A stretch of 64,000 nucleotides of DNA from an uncultured Ruminococcus sp. (GCA_900545285.1 UQYK01000003.1:2287-66286); one strand, 5' to 3'. Shown: positions 48,914-59,644, counted from the stretch's first letter. Notes: generated by a model from the letters alone, not told the origin. Numbers and translations: made by a program.

Positions 48914-49434
48914 TTTCGTGTCACCTCCTGCTTTGTTTGATCTTTCTTATTATACAACATTTTTCTCTCCCTGTTCAAGGGCAAATGCGAAAAAAATAAG
49001 GGCATCCGAAAAAGTTTGGCGAAATGGCCAAATTTTTCTTTCAAAACACCGGTAATTCGCACAATGCCGTGGAGAATCGGCCGAAATGCCCATTTGCCGC
49101 AGCGAAAGATACGGTGCAGAATACGCCGCAGCAGGGGGACAATCAAAACGCCCAGGGTACAGCAGTACAGCAGAAATCCCAGGATGCTGCCCAGTACGTA
49201 ATATCCCCGTATTTCACCCCGTGCCAGAACGCAGGAAAAGCAGACCAGTGCGCCGCTCCAAAGCAGCAGAAATGCAATATCCTCCAGCGCCGCGGCCAGC
49301 TTTCCATGGGGGAGAACCGCGCGGATGCTGCGCAGCAAGTCAAAGCAGAATCCAAGGGGAAAGCCCAGAAATACGGCATACAGCAGCAGGCGAATCTGCT
49401 GGGGGACTGTGAAAAAGGTTTCCAGCTCCATCAT
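48841..49434 (-). CDS. yabQ: spore cortex biosynthesis protein YabQ
   Basis: Q...L.....G..LG..FD..R, EDI.F, GEIRGY...G...G..LY; between yabP and divIC. Confidence 0.85.
   Translation of the reverse strand: MMELETFFTVPQQIRLLLYAVFLGFPLGFCFDLLRSIRAVLPHGKLAAALEDIAFLLLWSGALVCFSCVLARGEIRGYYVLGSILGFLLYCCTLGVLIVPLLRRILHRIFRCGKWAFRPILHGIVRITGVLKEKFGHFAKLFRMPLFFSHLPLNRERKMLYNKKDQTKQEVTRKWLRRKRNRKKSHAGSFGSSAGPQ
48949..48978 (-). promoter_or_regulatory. internal sigma-A promoter for divIC inside yabQ
   Basis: minus strand TTGAAC, 18 bp, TATAAT, about 35 nt before the divIC ATG (AGGAGGTG RBS). Confidence 0.6.
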
Positions 49435-49724
49435 CGAAACAGCTTTCCCAGCAGAGAAAGCGGCCCTTTTCGGTCTTTTTCTCCGTATTGCAGTAGCCAG
49501 ATGTCCCCGGTAATGGTCATGTTGCCGCTTTCTACACTGACATCATTGATGTGCAGATTGCGTCCCTTGATGACCAGCTCTCCCAGGCCGGTAAACAGGT
49601 GAATGACCCGTTCATCAAAGCAGTCTACGTCCGTTACACCGGTGAGCGTCAATTTCTCCCGATCCTCTAAGATCAGGTTGTGGTGGCTGGTCTGTGCCGG
49701 CAGTTCTTTCTTTCCGATATCCAT
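49431..49724 (-). CDS. yabP: sporulation protein YabP
   Basis: HNLILEDREKL.LTGV.DV..FDE..I.L.T.LG.L.IKG..LHI; ATG 49724 after GAGGTG. Confidence 0.92.
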   Translation of the reverse strand: MDIGKKELPAQTSHHNLILEDREKLTLTGVTDVDCFDERVIHLFTGLGELVIKGRNLHINDVSVESGNMTITGDIWLLQYGEKDRKGPLSLLGKLFR

Positions 49725-49836
49725 AAAGCACCTCAGTTCCTTTCCCGTTGGCTTGCACGCACAGAAACAGCCGGCGGACGGAATGGCACAAAGCTGCATG
49801 CGCCGCCGCTGCTTCTGCATCGTGTTCTTTGCAGAA

Positions 49837-49866
49837 AGGATATGCAGCGGTTTCATAAAAAATAAC
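49837..49866 (-). promoter_or_regulatory. possible sigma-E promoter of yabPQ
   Basis: minus strand GTTATTT...CATATCCT resembles the sigma-E consensus (TCATATT/CATACAAT); yabP is sigma-E-dependent in B. subtilis. Confidence 0.45.
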
Positions 49867-49911
49867 CAGATTCCCGACTGGTTCTTTGTGAAAAATTCCG
49901 AGAAAAAAGGC

Positions 49912-49940
49912 TTGCAATCGGACAGAAAACATGGTATAAT
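49912..49940 (+). promoter_or_regulatory. sigma-A promoter of secG
   Basis: TTGCAA, 17 bp, TGG-TATAAT. Confidence 0.75.
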
Positions 49941-49982
49941 AATAGAGATATTGATCAAATACCCATGGGAGGAGGGATTCCT

Positions 49983-50243
49983 GTGAACACATTAGAGATG
50001 ATCCTGGGTGCAGTAGTACTGCTGATCAGCATTGTTCTGGTTGTGATCTGTATGATGCAGGAACAGAAGCCGCAGAATGCGACTGCTGCTCTGACCGGTG
50101 CAAGCAATGATTCATTCTACGACAAGAACCGGGGACGCACAAAGGAAGCACGTCTGAAGAAAATCACATTCTGGTTTTCACTGGTGTTTTTCGTTCTGAT
50201 TCTGTTTTTGGATATTGTGATGCCGCTGCTGATGAAAAAGTAA
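49983..50243 (+). CDS. secG: preprotein translocase subunit SecG
   Basis: two TMs joined by MQE.K...AALTG...F..K.RG..E..L.KIT; upstream of rnr; GTG after GGAGG. Confidence 0.9.
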   Translation: MNTLEMILGAVVLLISIVLVVICMMQEQKPQNATAALTGASNDSFYDKNRGRTKEARLKKITFWFSLVFFVLILFLDIVMPLLMKK

Positions 50244-50504
50244 GAATCGCTGATATTCTGTCCTGTGTTTCGGTGTGTGCCCGGCTGATCGGGAAACGCG
50301 CCGGGGTACAGGATGTTTTTTTGCCGGGAATTTTTTTCGGTTTCCGGTGTTCCGGATAGATTGCAGCTGGCGGCAATGGGTCTGCCGGCTGCGCGGCGCT
50401 TTCTGTATGCTCCATGAAACGGAGGTGGGAAGCGCACTTGTTGGAAAAGAAGGAAGAGAGAAAGAGGATGCCGCACAGGGCGGCGAAGAGAAAGGAATGG
50501 ATTT

Positions 50505-52664
50505 ATGGCAAATACGCAATTTGGCGGTGCAGAGAGCATCGACAGCTATCGCAAGAAGATTCTGACAATTCTGAAAAAGAACGGCCGTACCCCGCTCAGT
50601 GACCGGGATCTGGCGACAAAGTGCCGTACCAACCGGGGCGGTGCTGCCAATTTTCGGAAGGCAGTAGAAGAACTCTGCAAGGAAGGTGCCATTTGTGAGC
50701 GACGCCGGGGCTATGTTTCTTCGGCCAATATGGGATATTATCCGGCCACAATCGTTCGTCTGAGCCGCACATTCGGCTTTGCACGGCCGGAGGAAGAGGG
50801 CGCCGCTGACGTCTTTATTCCGGGCAAATTTTTACAGGGTGCCATGACAAAAGACCGGGTGCTCATCGGAAATATTCCCTCCCGGAGCGGAAAGCCAGAG
50901 GGTGAAGTCCTGGCAATTCTGGAGGAAGCCGACAATCGCCTGACTGGTGTTATTGTCAATGAGGACGGCCGGCTGATGTTCCGGGCAGACACAATGTCCA
51001 AGACACCGATTCAGATTCAGCGCAAGGATAGCGTGCTGTATGAGGAAGGGCAGAAGGTTCTGGCAGAGGTGGTATACCGCGGACACCGCCACGCAGAGCA
51101 CAAGGTGAAGATTGTATTCAGCTTTGGTGCTTCTACCCGTGCCAGCGTCTGTGCCGAAGCCATGGTTGCGCTGCGCGGCGTAACTGAGGAGTTCCCGGAA
51201 GAGGTGATTCGGCAGGCAGATGAAATTGCCAACGCACCGATTCCTAAGGAGGCCTATGAAACACGGCTGGATCTGCGCAGCACACCGATTTTTACCATTG
51301 ACAGCGCCCATTCCAAGGATCTGGACGATGCTGTTTCTCTGGAAAAGACAGAGAACGGCTATCGGCTGGGCGTGCATATTGCAGATGTTTCCCATTATGT
51401 ACAGCCGAAAACACCGCTGGATGAAGAGGCACTCCGCCGGGGCACCAGCATTTATTATGCCGATCATGTAATTCCCATGCTGCCGAAGAGCCTGTCAAAC
51501 GGGGTGTGTTCTCTGAATCCCTGTGAAGATCGTCTGGCTTTCTCTGCCCTGATGGAACTGGATGAGAATGGGGAAATCGTTTCCTATCAGTTCCGGAAAA
51601 CCATCATTCGTTCTGCGGTAAAAGGCGTTTACAGCGAAGTAAACGAGATCTTAGCAGGCACCGCAGCCCCGGAACTGCTGGATAAGTACAAGGACGTTAT
51701 CCACATGATTCCCCTGATGAATGAACTGTGCGATATCCGCCTGCGGGAGCGGAAGCGCCGGGGCGCACCGGAACTGGAAACAGCAGAAGGCGCGTTGATT
51801 CTCAATGATGAAGGCGTTTGTGTCGATGTTGTGGCACGGCAGCGCGGCAAGAGCGAATGCATCGTAGAAGAAATGATGCTCCTGGCCAATGAAGCCGCTG
51901 CAAAAATGGCACGGGAAAAGAATCTGCCCTTTGTCTATCGGATTCATGACAAGCCCACACCGGAAAAGATTGAAAAGCTGGAACACGTTCTGCTGCGTCT
52001 GGGCGTTGAGGTACCGGTATTTACAGATATCAAGCCGCGTCACCTGGCAGAAATCCTGGACGGCGCACGGGGCACAGATCTCTATCCGGTACTGAATGTT
52101 ATGGTGCTGCGCTCTATGGCAAAGGCTGCCTATAGCCCGGAACCGATCGGACATTTTGGTCTGGCACTGGCGGATTATGCCCACTTTACCTCTCCCATCC
52201 GGCGTTATCCGGATCTGGCAATTCACCGGATTCTCAGCAGCTACTGCGAAAATCCGGATGCCGGCGAGATGCAGAAGCGCTACGGCACCTTTGTTGCCGA
52301 TGCTGCAACCCAGTCCAGCGAAACCGAAGTACAGGCAATTATGATTGAGCGTGACTGCGATGACTGCTACAAGGCAGAATATATGCAGCAGCATTTGGGT
52401 GAGATCTTTGACGGCATTGTTGCCGGTGTGACAGACTTCGGCTTTTATGTGGCTCTGCCGAATACGGTAGAAGGTCTGGTACATGTGGCTTCTCTGCCGG
52501 ACAGCGACTGGATCAATGATGACAGCATCGCCTTCCGGGAAGAGCAGGGAGACAAGTGCTATCGCCTGGGTGATACCGTTCGGGTACAGTGCACTAAAAT
52601 CGATGTCAACAGCGGCAATGTAGACTTTGCACTGGTAGAAGAAAATCAGGAAGCCGCTTCCTGA
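50505..52664 (+). CDS. rnr: ribonuclease R
   Basis: FGF, FTID...SKDLDDAVS, HIADVS, RGTSIY, EEMMLLAN, HFTSPIRRYPDL, C-terminal S1. Confidence 0.95.
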   Translation: MANTQFGGAESIDSYRKKILTILKKNGRTPLSDRDLATKCRTNRGGAANFRKAVEELCKEGAICERRRGYVSSANMGYYPATIVRLSRTFGFARPEEEGAADVFIPGKFLQGAMTKDRVLIGNIPSRSGKPEGEVLAILEEADNRLTGVIVNEDGRLMFRADTMSKTPIQIQRKDSVLYEEGQKVLAEVVYRGHRHAEHKVKIVFSFGASTRASVCAEAMVALRGVTEEFPEEVIRQADEIANAPIPKEAYETRLDLRSTPIFTIDSAHSKDLDDAVSLEKTENGYRLGVHIADVSHYVQPKTPLDEEALRRGTSIYYADHVIPMLPKSLSNGVCSLNPCEDRLAFSALMELDENGEIVSYQFRKTIIRSAVKGVYSEVNEILAGTAAPELLDKYKDVIHMIPLMNELCDIRLRERKRRGAPELETAEGALILNDEGVCVDVVARQRGKSECIVEEMMLLANEAAAKMAREKNLPFVYRIHDKPTPEKIEKLEHVLLRLGVEVPVFTDIKPRHLAEILDGARGTDLYPVLNVMVLRSMAKAAYSPEPIGHFGLALADYAHFTSPIRRYPDLAIHRILSSYCENPDAGEMQKRYGTFVADAATQSSETEVQAIMIERDCDDCYKAEYMQQHLGEIFDGIVAGVTDFGFYVALPNTVEGLVHVASLPDSDWINDDSIAFREEQGDKCYRLGDTVRVQCTKIDVNSGNVDFALVEENQEAAS

Positions 52665-52701
52665 GTGTATCTGAAACAATAGAAAATCCATTTCAAAATA
52701 C

Positions 52702-52761
52702 AAAAAACGGATGCCATCGTTCCGGCAGCAGGGTTCTGCGCGGTGATGGCATCCGTTTTTT
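52702..52761. terminator. bidirectional terminator
   Basis: AAAAAACGGATGCCATCG...TGATGGCATCCGTTTTTT. Confidence 0.78.
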
Positions 52762-52772
52762 ACGTTTTGTAC

Positions 52773-53135
52773 TTAGTCCTCGGCGGCGGTGCTGTCGGCA
52801 GTGCCGGAACGGAAAGCTTTCCGGCCTTCCTCTGCATAGCCCTCAATCATTTCCTGTGTAATCACCGGGCTGCCCCATGCGGTTTCATAGGATTCCACAG
52901 AGCCGTCTCCCCACTGCTCAATCCAGTCTCCGCAGGATTCAAAGGTATTGCCCAGATTGATGCCGATTCCCATATCCTGCACCAGCGCAGTTGTGGAGAT
53001 ATCGCGCATTTCCGGTACTTTTGTTTCAGCAGAAGCGGATTCCGGCGCGGCAGAATCCGCAGAATTGCTGCATCCGGAAAAGGCACAGAGCAGTGCAGCG
53101 GTAATGAAGAGAGAAAAGAGTTGTTTTCCCAGCAT
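52773..53135 (-). pseudogene. truncated GH5 endoglucanase-like lipoprotein (N-terminal fragment only)
   Basis: lipobox FSGC; MRDIS...LV.DMG.G.NLGNTFES...YETAWGSP.IT.EMI.G..E.G is the start of a GH5 barrel; stops 16 aa later, with no RIP, NEP or nucleophile Glu. Confidence 0.78.
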
Positions 53136-53257
53136 GATTTTTGCAGTCCTCCTGATTGAAAAAGATACGGTGTCTTAAAACATGTTCTTCTACAGTATAC
53201 CATAAAGTGTGCAGAAACTGCAATATCTATTTGTGTCAAAAAAACTGGCAAAACACA

Positions 53258-53292
53258 GAAAGGCCGCTGCTTTTGAAAAACAGCGGCCTTTT
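53258..53292 (-). terminator. terminator after the second ftsH
   Basis: GAAAGGCCGCTG...CAGCGGCCTTTT. Confidence 0.65.
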
Positions 53293-53328
53293 CAGAAGGG
53301 GAATTTGCAGATTTTGTGATGTGTGAAA

Positions 53329-55173
53329 TTATGCTTCTTCTTGCTGTGTGATCAGCGGACGATTGAGAATCTGCATAAATTCATCACCTGTGATTGTCTC
53401 ATGTTCGTACAGATACTTAGCGATTTCGTGAAGTTTTGCCATATTCGATTGCAGCAGTTCTGTTGCACGGTCGTACTGTCCCTGGATAATTTCTGAGATC
53501 TTCTTATCAATCTTGGTCTGTGTCTCCATAGAGCAGCTAAGGCTGGAGTCACCGCCCAGATATTGATTTTGCATGGATTCCATGGTCACCATACCGAATT
53601 CCGAGCTCATGCCGAAGCGGCTGACCATCGCATGTGCCAGCTTTGTGGCCTGTTCAATATCGTTGGAAGCCCCCGTTGTGATTTCGTGGAAAATCAACGC
53701 TTCTGCGGCGCGTCCGCCGGTGAGGGTAGCAATCTTGTTTTCCAGTTCGGTTTTTGTCATCAGGAAGTGCTCGTCTTCCTCTACCTGCATAGTGTAGCCC
53801 AGCGCGCCGGAGGTACGGGGAATAATGGTGATTTTCTGTACCGGTGCCGACTGTGACTGAAGCGCAGCCACCAGTGCATGTCCCACTTCGTGGTAGGAGA
53901 CAGTGAGTTTTTCCTTGTTGGAAAGCACCCGGTTTTTCTTTTGATATCCGGCAATTACGACTTCCACGCTTTCCATCAGATCTTCCTGTGTTGCACAGGA
54001 GCGCCCCAGACGCACGGCACGGAGTGCCGCTTCGTTAATAATATTTGCCAGCTCTGCGCCGGATGCTCCGGCAGCTGTCCGGGCAATGGCACCAAAATCC
54101 ACGTTTCCGGCCAGCTTGATCTTTTTGGCATGTACTTTCAGAATATCAATTCTGCCCTGCAAATCCGGCAGTTCTACCGGAATCCGGCGGTCAAACCGTC
54201 CCGGACGAAGCAGCGCCGGATCGAGAGATTCCGGACGGTTGGTAGCAGCCAGAATGACAACGCCCTTAGAACCATCAAAGCCGTCCATTTCGGTCAGCAG
54301 CTGGTTCAGCGTCTGTTCCCGTTCGTCATTGCCGCCCATCTGTCCGCCGTCACGCTTTTTGCCGATGGTGTCGATTTCATCGATAAAGACGATACAGGGA
54401 GCCTTTTCGTTGGCTTGTTTAAACAAATCCCGGACTTTTGCAGCACCCATACCCACGAACATTTCTACAAATTCCGAACCGGAAATGGAGAAGAAGGGGA
54501 CATTGGCTTCGCCGGCAACAGCCTTTGCCAGAAGGGTTTTACCAGTACCCGGAGGGCCTACCAGCAGCGCGCCTTTCGGCATGGAGGCGCCGATTTCCTT
54601 GTAGCGGTCGGGGCGATGGAGAAAATCCACGATTTCTGCCAGCAGTTCCTTGGCTTCCTCTTCGCCGGCAACATCGCTGAACTTGATTCCTGTTGTGGAT
54701 TTAACATAGACCTTGGCGTTGCTTTTTCCCATGCCGAACATCATGGAGCCTTCGCCGCCGCCCATGCGCTGTGCCATTTTTTTGCTGAAGAAGTGGAACA
54801 CCAGCACCATCAGTGCAATCGGCAGGATATAGCTGATCAGAATATACAGAATCGGGCTGGTGCCGCTGTCGATCTTCGATTCAAACTTTGCGCCGGAATC
54901 ATACAGCCGTGTGATTAAGTCCTTGTCCTCCATCACGCCGGTGCGGTAGAGCTTTTTTTCCGATTTATCCGTAAATGTGATCTGGCTGGATTCAATTTGT
55001 ACAGAGCCGATTTCTTTGTTCTCCGTCATGGAAATAAAGGTATCATAGCTGACCTCTTCCACCCGGTGGTTAAACAGATTGGGAAAGACAAAGGCCTGTA
55101 ACAGCATGAAAATGCATAAGGCAATTACCCAAAAGGAAATATAAGACTTTCGGTTCTTTTTTGGTTCTTCCAT
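53329..55173 (-). CDS. ftsH: second FtsH-family ATP-dependent metalloprotease
   Basis: 2 [37 protein letters not shown] 55173 after AAGGAG. Confidence 0.95.
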   Translation of the reverse strand: MEEPKKNRKSYISFWVIALCIFMLLQAFVFPNLFNHRVEEVSYDTFISMTENKEIGSVQIESSQITFTDKSEKKLYRTGVMEDKDLITRLYDSGAKFESKIDSGTSPILYILISYILPIALMVLVFHFFSKKMAQRMGGGEGSMMFGMGKSNAKVYVKSTTGIKFSDVAGEEEAKELLAEIVDFLHRPDRYKEIGASMPKGALLVGPPGTGKTLLAKAVAGEANVPFFSISGSEFVEMFVGMGAAKVRDLFKQANEKAPCIVFIDEIDTIGKKRDGGQMGGNDEREQTLNQLLTEMDGFDGSKGVVILAATNRPESLDPALLRPGRFDRRIPVELPDLQGRIDILKVHAKKIKLAGNVDFGAIARTAAGASGAELANIINEAALRAVRLGRSCATQEDLMESVEVVIAGYQKKNRVLSNKEKLTVSYHEVGHALVAALQSQSAPVQKITIIPRTSGALGYTMQVEEDEHFLMTKTELENKIATLTGGRAAEALIFHEITTGASNDIEQATKLAHAMVSRFGMSSEFGMVTMESMQNQYLGGDSSLSCSMETQTKIDKKISEIIQGQYDRATELLQSNMAKLHEIAKYLYEHETITGDEFMQILNRPLITQQEEA

Positions 55174-55427
55174 ATACTGTCTCCTTTTCGTGCAGTATAA
55201 GAGCTTGTATCCGCCGCGAAAGGCATGCGCAGCAGCAGATGGGTACAAGTCCTGAAATCTTCCGGCATCTGCGGCCGGAAATATTGGTGGTAAAGCGCTT
55301 TTTCACAGCGCCGCTTTTGGATATAATCGATTGTTCCGGAATACTTGTCCATACAGGTGTTTTGCATTCCTCCCGGAAATACAAAACATCCACGAAAACA
55401 TAAGAACGAGAACGGATTATGTGGATT

Positions 55428-55456
55428 ATTATAGCACACTTTTTTGTTGGATGCAA
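55428..55456 (-). promoter_or_regulatory. sigma-A promoter of the second ftsH
   Basis: minus strand TTGCAT, 17 bp, TGC-TATAAT. Confidence 0.7.
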
Positions 55457-55520
55457 GCGGAGATTGTGAAAGTTTCATGATAGCTTAGAAGCGTCGTATT
55501 CCCTGGCTGCCGCGCCGAAT

Positions 55521-56018
55521 TTACGGTGCCAGAAACATGCCGAACCGGGGCGGCCAGAGAGAACAGATGCCGAAGCACACGGCAACCGCTGCAAAGAGCA
55601 GCACGCCGATCCAATCCCGTTTCGGAGTGCACCTTTGAAAATTGCGCCAGGTATATCGGGCAGTGACCGTTGTTCCCAACAGAAATACCAGAATATCCGC
55701 CGGGAGAAAGTTTGTGCCGCAAATGCCGGTATACGTATAAAATAGTGCGAGAATCGTAAGCATCCCCAGAACAGTTCCCTGAAACCGCCTCAGAACATAA
55801 CCGGGATAGCGGTGGCCAATCCAGAGATATTCCCAGATGGTGTATGCCAGAGAGGGGAAAAACAGGAGCTTTAAATGTTCCCAGGTGCTTTCGCTGATTG
55901 CAGAGTACAGGCCGACTACGCGGTTTTCCTGTGTCCACGCATAGAGAAAATGCAAAAGTGTGCCAGCAATTACGGTAAAGCACCATCCCAGCCACACACT
56001 GCGCTGAAATTCCTTCAT
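55521..56018 (-). CDS. conserved membrane protein of unknown function (DUF6512-like)
   Basis: GTLLHFLY.W, ES.WEHLKL.FFP, FYTYTG..G, PP...MF; ATG 56018 after GAGGTG. Confidence 0.72.
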   Translation of the reverse strand: MKEFQRSVWLGWCFTVIAGTLLHFLYAWTQENRVVGLYSAISESTWEHLKLLFFPSLAYTIWEYLWIGHRYPGYVLRRFQGTVLGMLTILALFYTYTGICGTNFLPADILVFLLGTTVTARYTWRNFQRCTPKRDWIGVLLFAAVAVCFGICSLWPPRFGMFLAP

Positions 56019-56147
56019 AGTGTCAATCACCTCTGCTGTTATTTTATGCAGAAAAAGGAAAAACTTGCAGCGCAGCATAGAAAAAGCGTCAGCAAACAAA
56101 AATTTACTGACGCTTCAAAAGAAGATACGTTGTGTGAATGGGCAAAA

Positions 56148-56885
56148 TCAGCCCATAACGCCGTAAACATCGCCCCGTTCTGTCACCAGAATTTCCAGGT
56201 CACTCATAATGGAAATGGCTTCGCCGCTGCTGTTTTTGCCAGTGATGTTGAGCACAACATCATAGAGTGCATCGGTGTCCTGCTTCAGCTGTGTGGTAAA
56301 GTCCTCGCCCAGCACCTGGGTAAAGGCGCTGAGGTATTCTTCCACAAAGTCTGTATCGGTATCATAGTTGGCGGCAAGCGCTTCATCAGCCATGGACATT
56401 TCGATTGCAGTGATGCTGCAATCGTCTGTGCCGGCAGCGCTGATCAGACTCTGATGGTACATTTCCATGCTGGTTTCCATGCCGTATCCATACTGTTCCT
56501 GGAGCATCTTTTCCGTTGCAGTCTGATAATCGGAGTCCAGATTTGCCGTGTAGAGATCATAGTTTTGTGTTTCAATGGCGTAGAAATAGGTGGCGATGGT
56601 TTTTGCCATCGCATCCGGAATGACGTTGCTGTCATAGTCCAGCTGATAGTTCATATCTGCGGGATCTGATTCCGTGACCGGCTCTGCTGTGTCGTCGGAA
56701 TTGTCAGCGTTTGTATCCGTTGCCACGGGAACAGCATCGCTCTCACTGCTGTCAGACTGCGCGGACTTCGAAGAAGCCTCCGAGCTGGAAGCCTTGTCCT
56801 CTGTATTGCCGCAGGCGGACAGAGAAAGTGCCATGCAGACGGCCAGAAATACAGCCGGGAATTTGGTTCGGATTTGTTGTAACAT
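56148..56885 (-). CDS. acidic lipoprotein of unknown function
   Basis: lipobox LSAC, S/D/E-rich linker; GAAAGGA RBS. Confidence 0.8.
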   Translation of the reverse strand: MLQQIRTKFPAVFLAVCMALSLSACGNTEDKASSSEASSKSAQSDSSESDAVPVATDTNADNSDDTAEPVTESDPADMNYQLDYDSNVIPDAMAKTIATYFYAIETQNYDLYTANLDSDYQTATEKMLQEQYGYGMETSMEMYHQSLISAAGTDDCSITAIEMSMADEALAANYDTDTDFVEEYLSAFTQVLGEDFTTQLKQDTDALYDVVLNITGKNSSGEAISIMSDLEILVTERGDVYGVMG

Positions 56886-56910
56886 AGAAACAGGTTCCTT
56901 TCTGCTGCAA

Positions 56911-57588
56911 TCAGCTCAGCGGCTGGGTGGCAATTCCGTTTGCGTTGGCCCAGGTCTCAATGGCAGAGCCGGCAGGACAGGTGATTGTAACGGCAAGGGG
57001 TGCGCTGCCTTCCACCAGTCCCCAGCGGTCATAGGCCAGAGAAGGGTTGGCAACTGTCAAACTGGTAAGGCTGGCACAGCCGGTAAAGGCCTCTTCCAGC
57101 ACAGTGGAAACGGCTTCCGGAAGGGTCAGACTGGTGAGGGCACTGCATCCGGCAAAGGCGGCACGGTCAATCTGTGCCACGGTTTCCGGGATGTTGATCG
57201 TAGTCAGCGAGCCGCAGTCCATAAAGGCACTTTCTCCGATTTCGGTCAGGCCATGGGGCAGGGTCACGTTGGTGAGATCCCAGTTGGCTTCAAAGGCGTG
57301 ATCTGCAATGGCGGAGACTACATAATTATCCAAGGTGGCCGGAATGTTCAGATCGGTATCTGTTCCGTTGTACCCGGTAATAGAAACGGTGCCGTCATCG
57401 TTCATCTGATAGTTGAATACATTTGTTTCCGGTGCGGTGTCACTGCTTGCTGCGGCGCTGCTTTCTGCCGCAGTTGTGCTGTCGGCAGATGAGCTGCTGC
57501 TTGTGTCATTGCCGCATCCGGCAGCGGTCACAGCGAACGCTGCCGTCAAAAGTGCAGCCCAGAGTGCTTTTTTCCAAAATTGTTTCAT
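56911..57588 (-). CDS. BspA/TpLRR-type leucine-rich-repeat lipoprotein
   Basis: lipobox AAGC; repeats LT...(L/I)P..(V/L)..I...AF.GC. Confidence 0.87.
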   Translation of the reverse strand: MKQFWKKALWAALLTAAFAVTAAGCGNDTSSSSSADSTTAAESSAAASSDTAPETNVFNYQMNDDGTVSITGYNGTDTDLNIPATLDNYVVSAIADHAFEANWDLTNVTLPHGLTEIGESAFMDCGSLTTINIPETVAQIDRAAFAGCSALTSLTLPEAVSTVLEEAFTGCASLTSLTVANPSLAYDRWGLVEGSAPLAVTITCPAGSAIETWANANGIATQPLS

Positions 57589-57656
57589 GTTTGAATTCCT
57601 CTCTTGGACGGGGGAATACAGAATTCTGTCAGATAAAATAACAGATTCTGATGGAT

Positions 57657-59480
57657 TTACTTGATTTTTCCGCGCATCTTTGCACGCTGCTGGTTGCTCA
57701 GAATCTGCTTGCGGATTCGCAGAGATTTCGGTGTGACCTCCAGCAGTTCATCGTCTGCCAGGAATTCCAGGCAGTCTTCCAGGCTCAGATTGCGGGGTGG
57801 TACCAGACGCAGTGCATCGTCACTGCCGCTGGCACGGGTATTGGTCAGGTGCTTCCGCTTGCAGACATTTACTACCAGGTCTTCTGCCTTGGGAGAAGCG
57901 CCGACAACCATGCCTTCATAAACCGAAACGCCTGCGCCGATAAACAGCGAGCCGCGCTCCTGGGCGTTAAACAGACCGTAGGTGACTGCTTCGCCGGTTT
58001 CAAAGGAAATCAGGGAACCAGTGCTGCGGCGGGGAATATCCCCCTTATACGGTGCATATTCATAGAATACGCTGCTCATAATGCCTTCGCCCTTGGTGTC
58101 GGTCAGGAACTCACTCTTATAACCGAACAGACCACGGGACGGAATCAGGAATGTCAGACGGGTACGGCTGCCCTGGGGATGCATGTCCTGAAGCTCTGCC
58201 TTACGGGAACCCAGCTTTTCCATAACGGAACCTACACATTCCTCCGGCACGTCAATAGACAGCTCTTCAATCGGTTCATACCGTTTGCCGTCTACTTCAT
58301 GGTACAGGACACGAGGGGTAGAAACGCCCAGCTCATAGCCTTCCCGGCGCATATTTTCAATCAGAATGGACAGGTGCATTTCACCTCTGCCGGCAACGCG
58401 GAATGCGTCTGTACTCTCGGTTTCGGTCACACGCAGAGAAACGTCCCGGAGCAGTTCCCGCATCAGACGGTCACGCAGCTGACGGGAGGTGACAAACTTG
58501 CCTTCCTGACCGGCAAATGGGCTGTCATTAACGCTGAATGTCATTTCCACAGTCGGCTCGCTGATCTTGGTGAACGGCAGCGGCTCGAAGCATTCCGGCG
58601 CACATACGGTGTCGCCGATGGAGATATTTTCAATACCGCTGATCCAGACGATGTCGCCTACAGTAGCAGACTCTGCCGGAACACGCTGCAAGCCCTGAAT
58701 CTGGAGCAGGGAGACAATCTTGTTGCGGCGTGTGTTTTCCGGATCGTGATAATTGCCCAGCAGTACCTGCTGTCCCACCTGGATGGTACCGCGCTCAATG
58801 CGGCCGATGCCGATTCTGCCTACATATTCATTATAGTCAATGGAGGAAATCAGCATCTGGAGCGGCTCGTCCGGGTTGCCCTCCGGCGGATTGACATAGG
58901 ACATAATGGTATCAAACAGAGGCTTCAAATCCTTGCCTTCGCCGTGCGGCTCAAAGCTTGCCGTACCTGCACGGCCGGAGCAGTACAGGAACGGTGTGTT
59001 TTCCAGCTGCTCTTCGCTGGCATCCAGATCCATCAGCAGTTCCAGAACCTCATCTGCAATTTCATCCAGACGTGCGTCCGGACGGTCAATTTTGTTGACA
59101 ACAACAATAATTTTCAGGTTCATTTCCAGTGCCTTGGACAGAACGAACCGTGTCTGCGGCATCGGGCCTTCTGCAGCATCTACCAGCAGGATTGCGCCGT
59201 CTACCATACTGAGGACACGTTCTACCTCGCCGCCGAAGTCAGCGTGTCCCGGTGTGTCAATGATATTGATTTTGGTGTCGCCGTAGCGAACGGAGGTGTT
59301 CTTTGCCAGAATGGTAATGCCGCGCTCCCGTTCCAGGTCGTTGGAGTCCATGACACGTTCTGCGACTGCCTGGTTTTCCCGGAATACGCCGCCCTGCTTC
59401 AGCATTTCGTCTACCAGGGTTGTCTTGCCGTGGTCAACGTGGGCGATAATGGCAACATTTCTTAAATCTTCTCGTACCAT
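57657..59480 (-). CDS. typA: translational GTPase TypA/BipA
   Basis: [58 protein letters not shown]. Confidence 0.98.
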   Translation of the reverse strand: MVREDLRNVAIIAHVDHGKTTLVDEMLKQGGVFRENQAVAERVMDSNDLERERGITILAKNTSVRYGDTKINIIDTPGHADFGGEVERVLSMVDGAILLVDAAEGPMPQTRFVLSKALEMNLKIIVVVNKIDRPDARLDEIADEVLELLMDLDASEEQLENTPFLYCSGRAGTASFEPHGEGKDLKPLFDTIMSYVNPPEGNPDEPLQMLISSIDYNEYVGRIGIGRIERGTIQVGQQVLLGNYHDPENTRRNKIVSLLQIQGLQRVPAESATVGDIVWISGIENISIGDTVCAPECFEPLPFTKISEPTVEMTFSVNDSPFAGQEGKFVTSRQLRDRLMRELLRDVSLRVTETESTDAFRVAGRGEMHLSILIENMRREGYELGVSTPRVLYHEVDGKRYEPIEELSIDVPEECVGSVMEKLGSRKAELQDMHPQGSRTRLTFLIPSRGLFGYKSEFLTDTKGEGIMSSVFYEYAPYKGDIPRRSTGSLISFETGEAVTYGLFNAQERGSLFIGAGVSVYEGMVVGASPKAEDLVVNVCKRKHLTNTRASGSDDALRLVPPRNLSLEDCLEFLADDELLEVTPKSLRIRKQILSNQQRAKMRGKIK

Positions 59481-59644
59481 AACTTCTCTTCCTCTTTCTC
59501 ATGTCAGAGCATTCCAGTGTGCGGAGAATGCTCAGGATTTAAAAAGAACTGCCGTTTCTGTCTGAAAGCTTGCTCGCATTTTGAGGCAGCTGACAAAAGG
59601 CACTTCTTTTTCTTGGTATCTACAAGACCATACACATGAAATCG

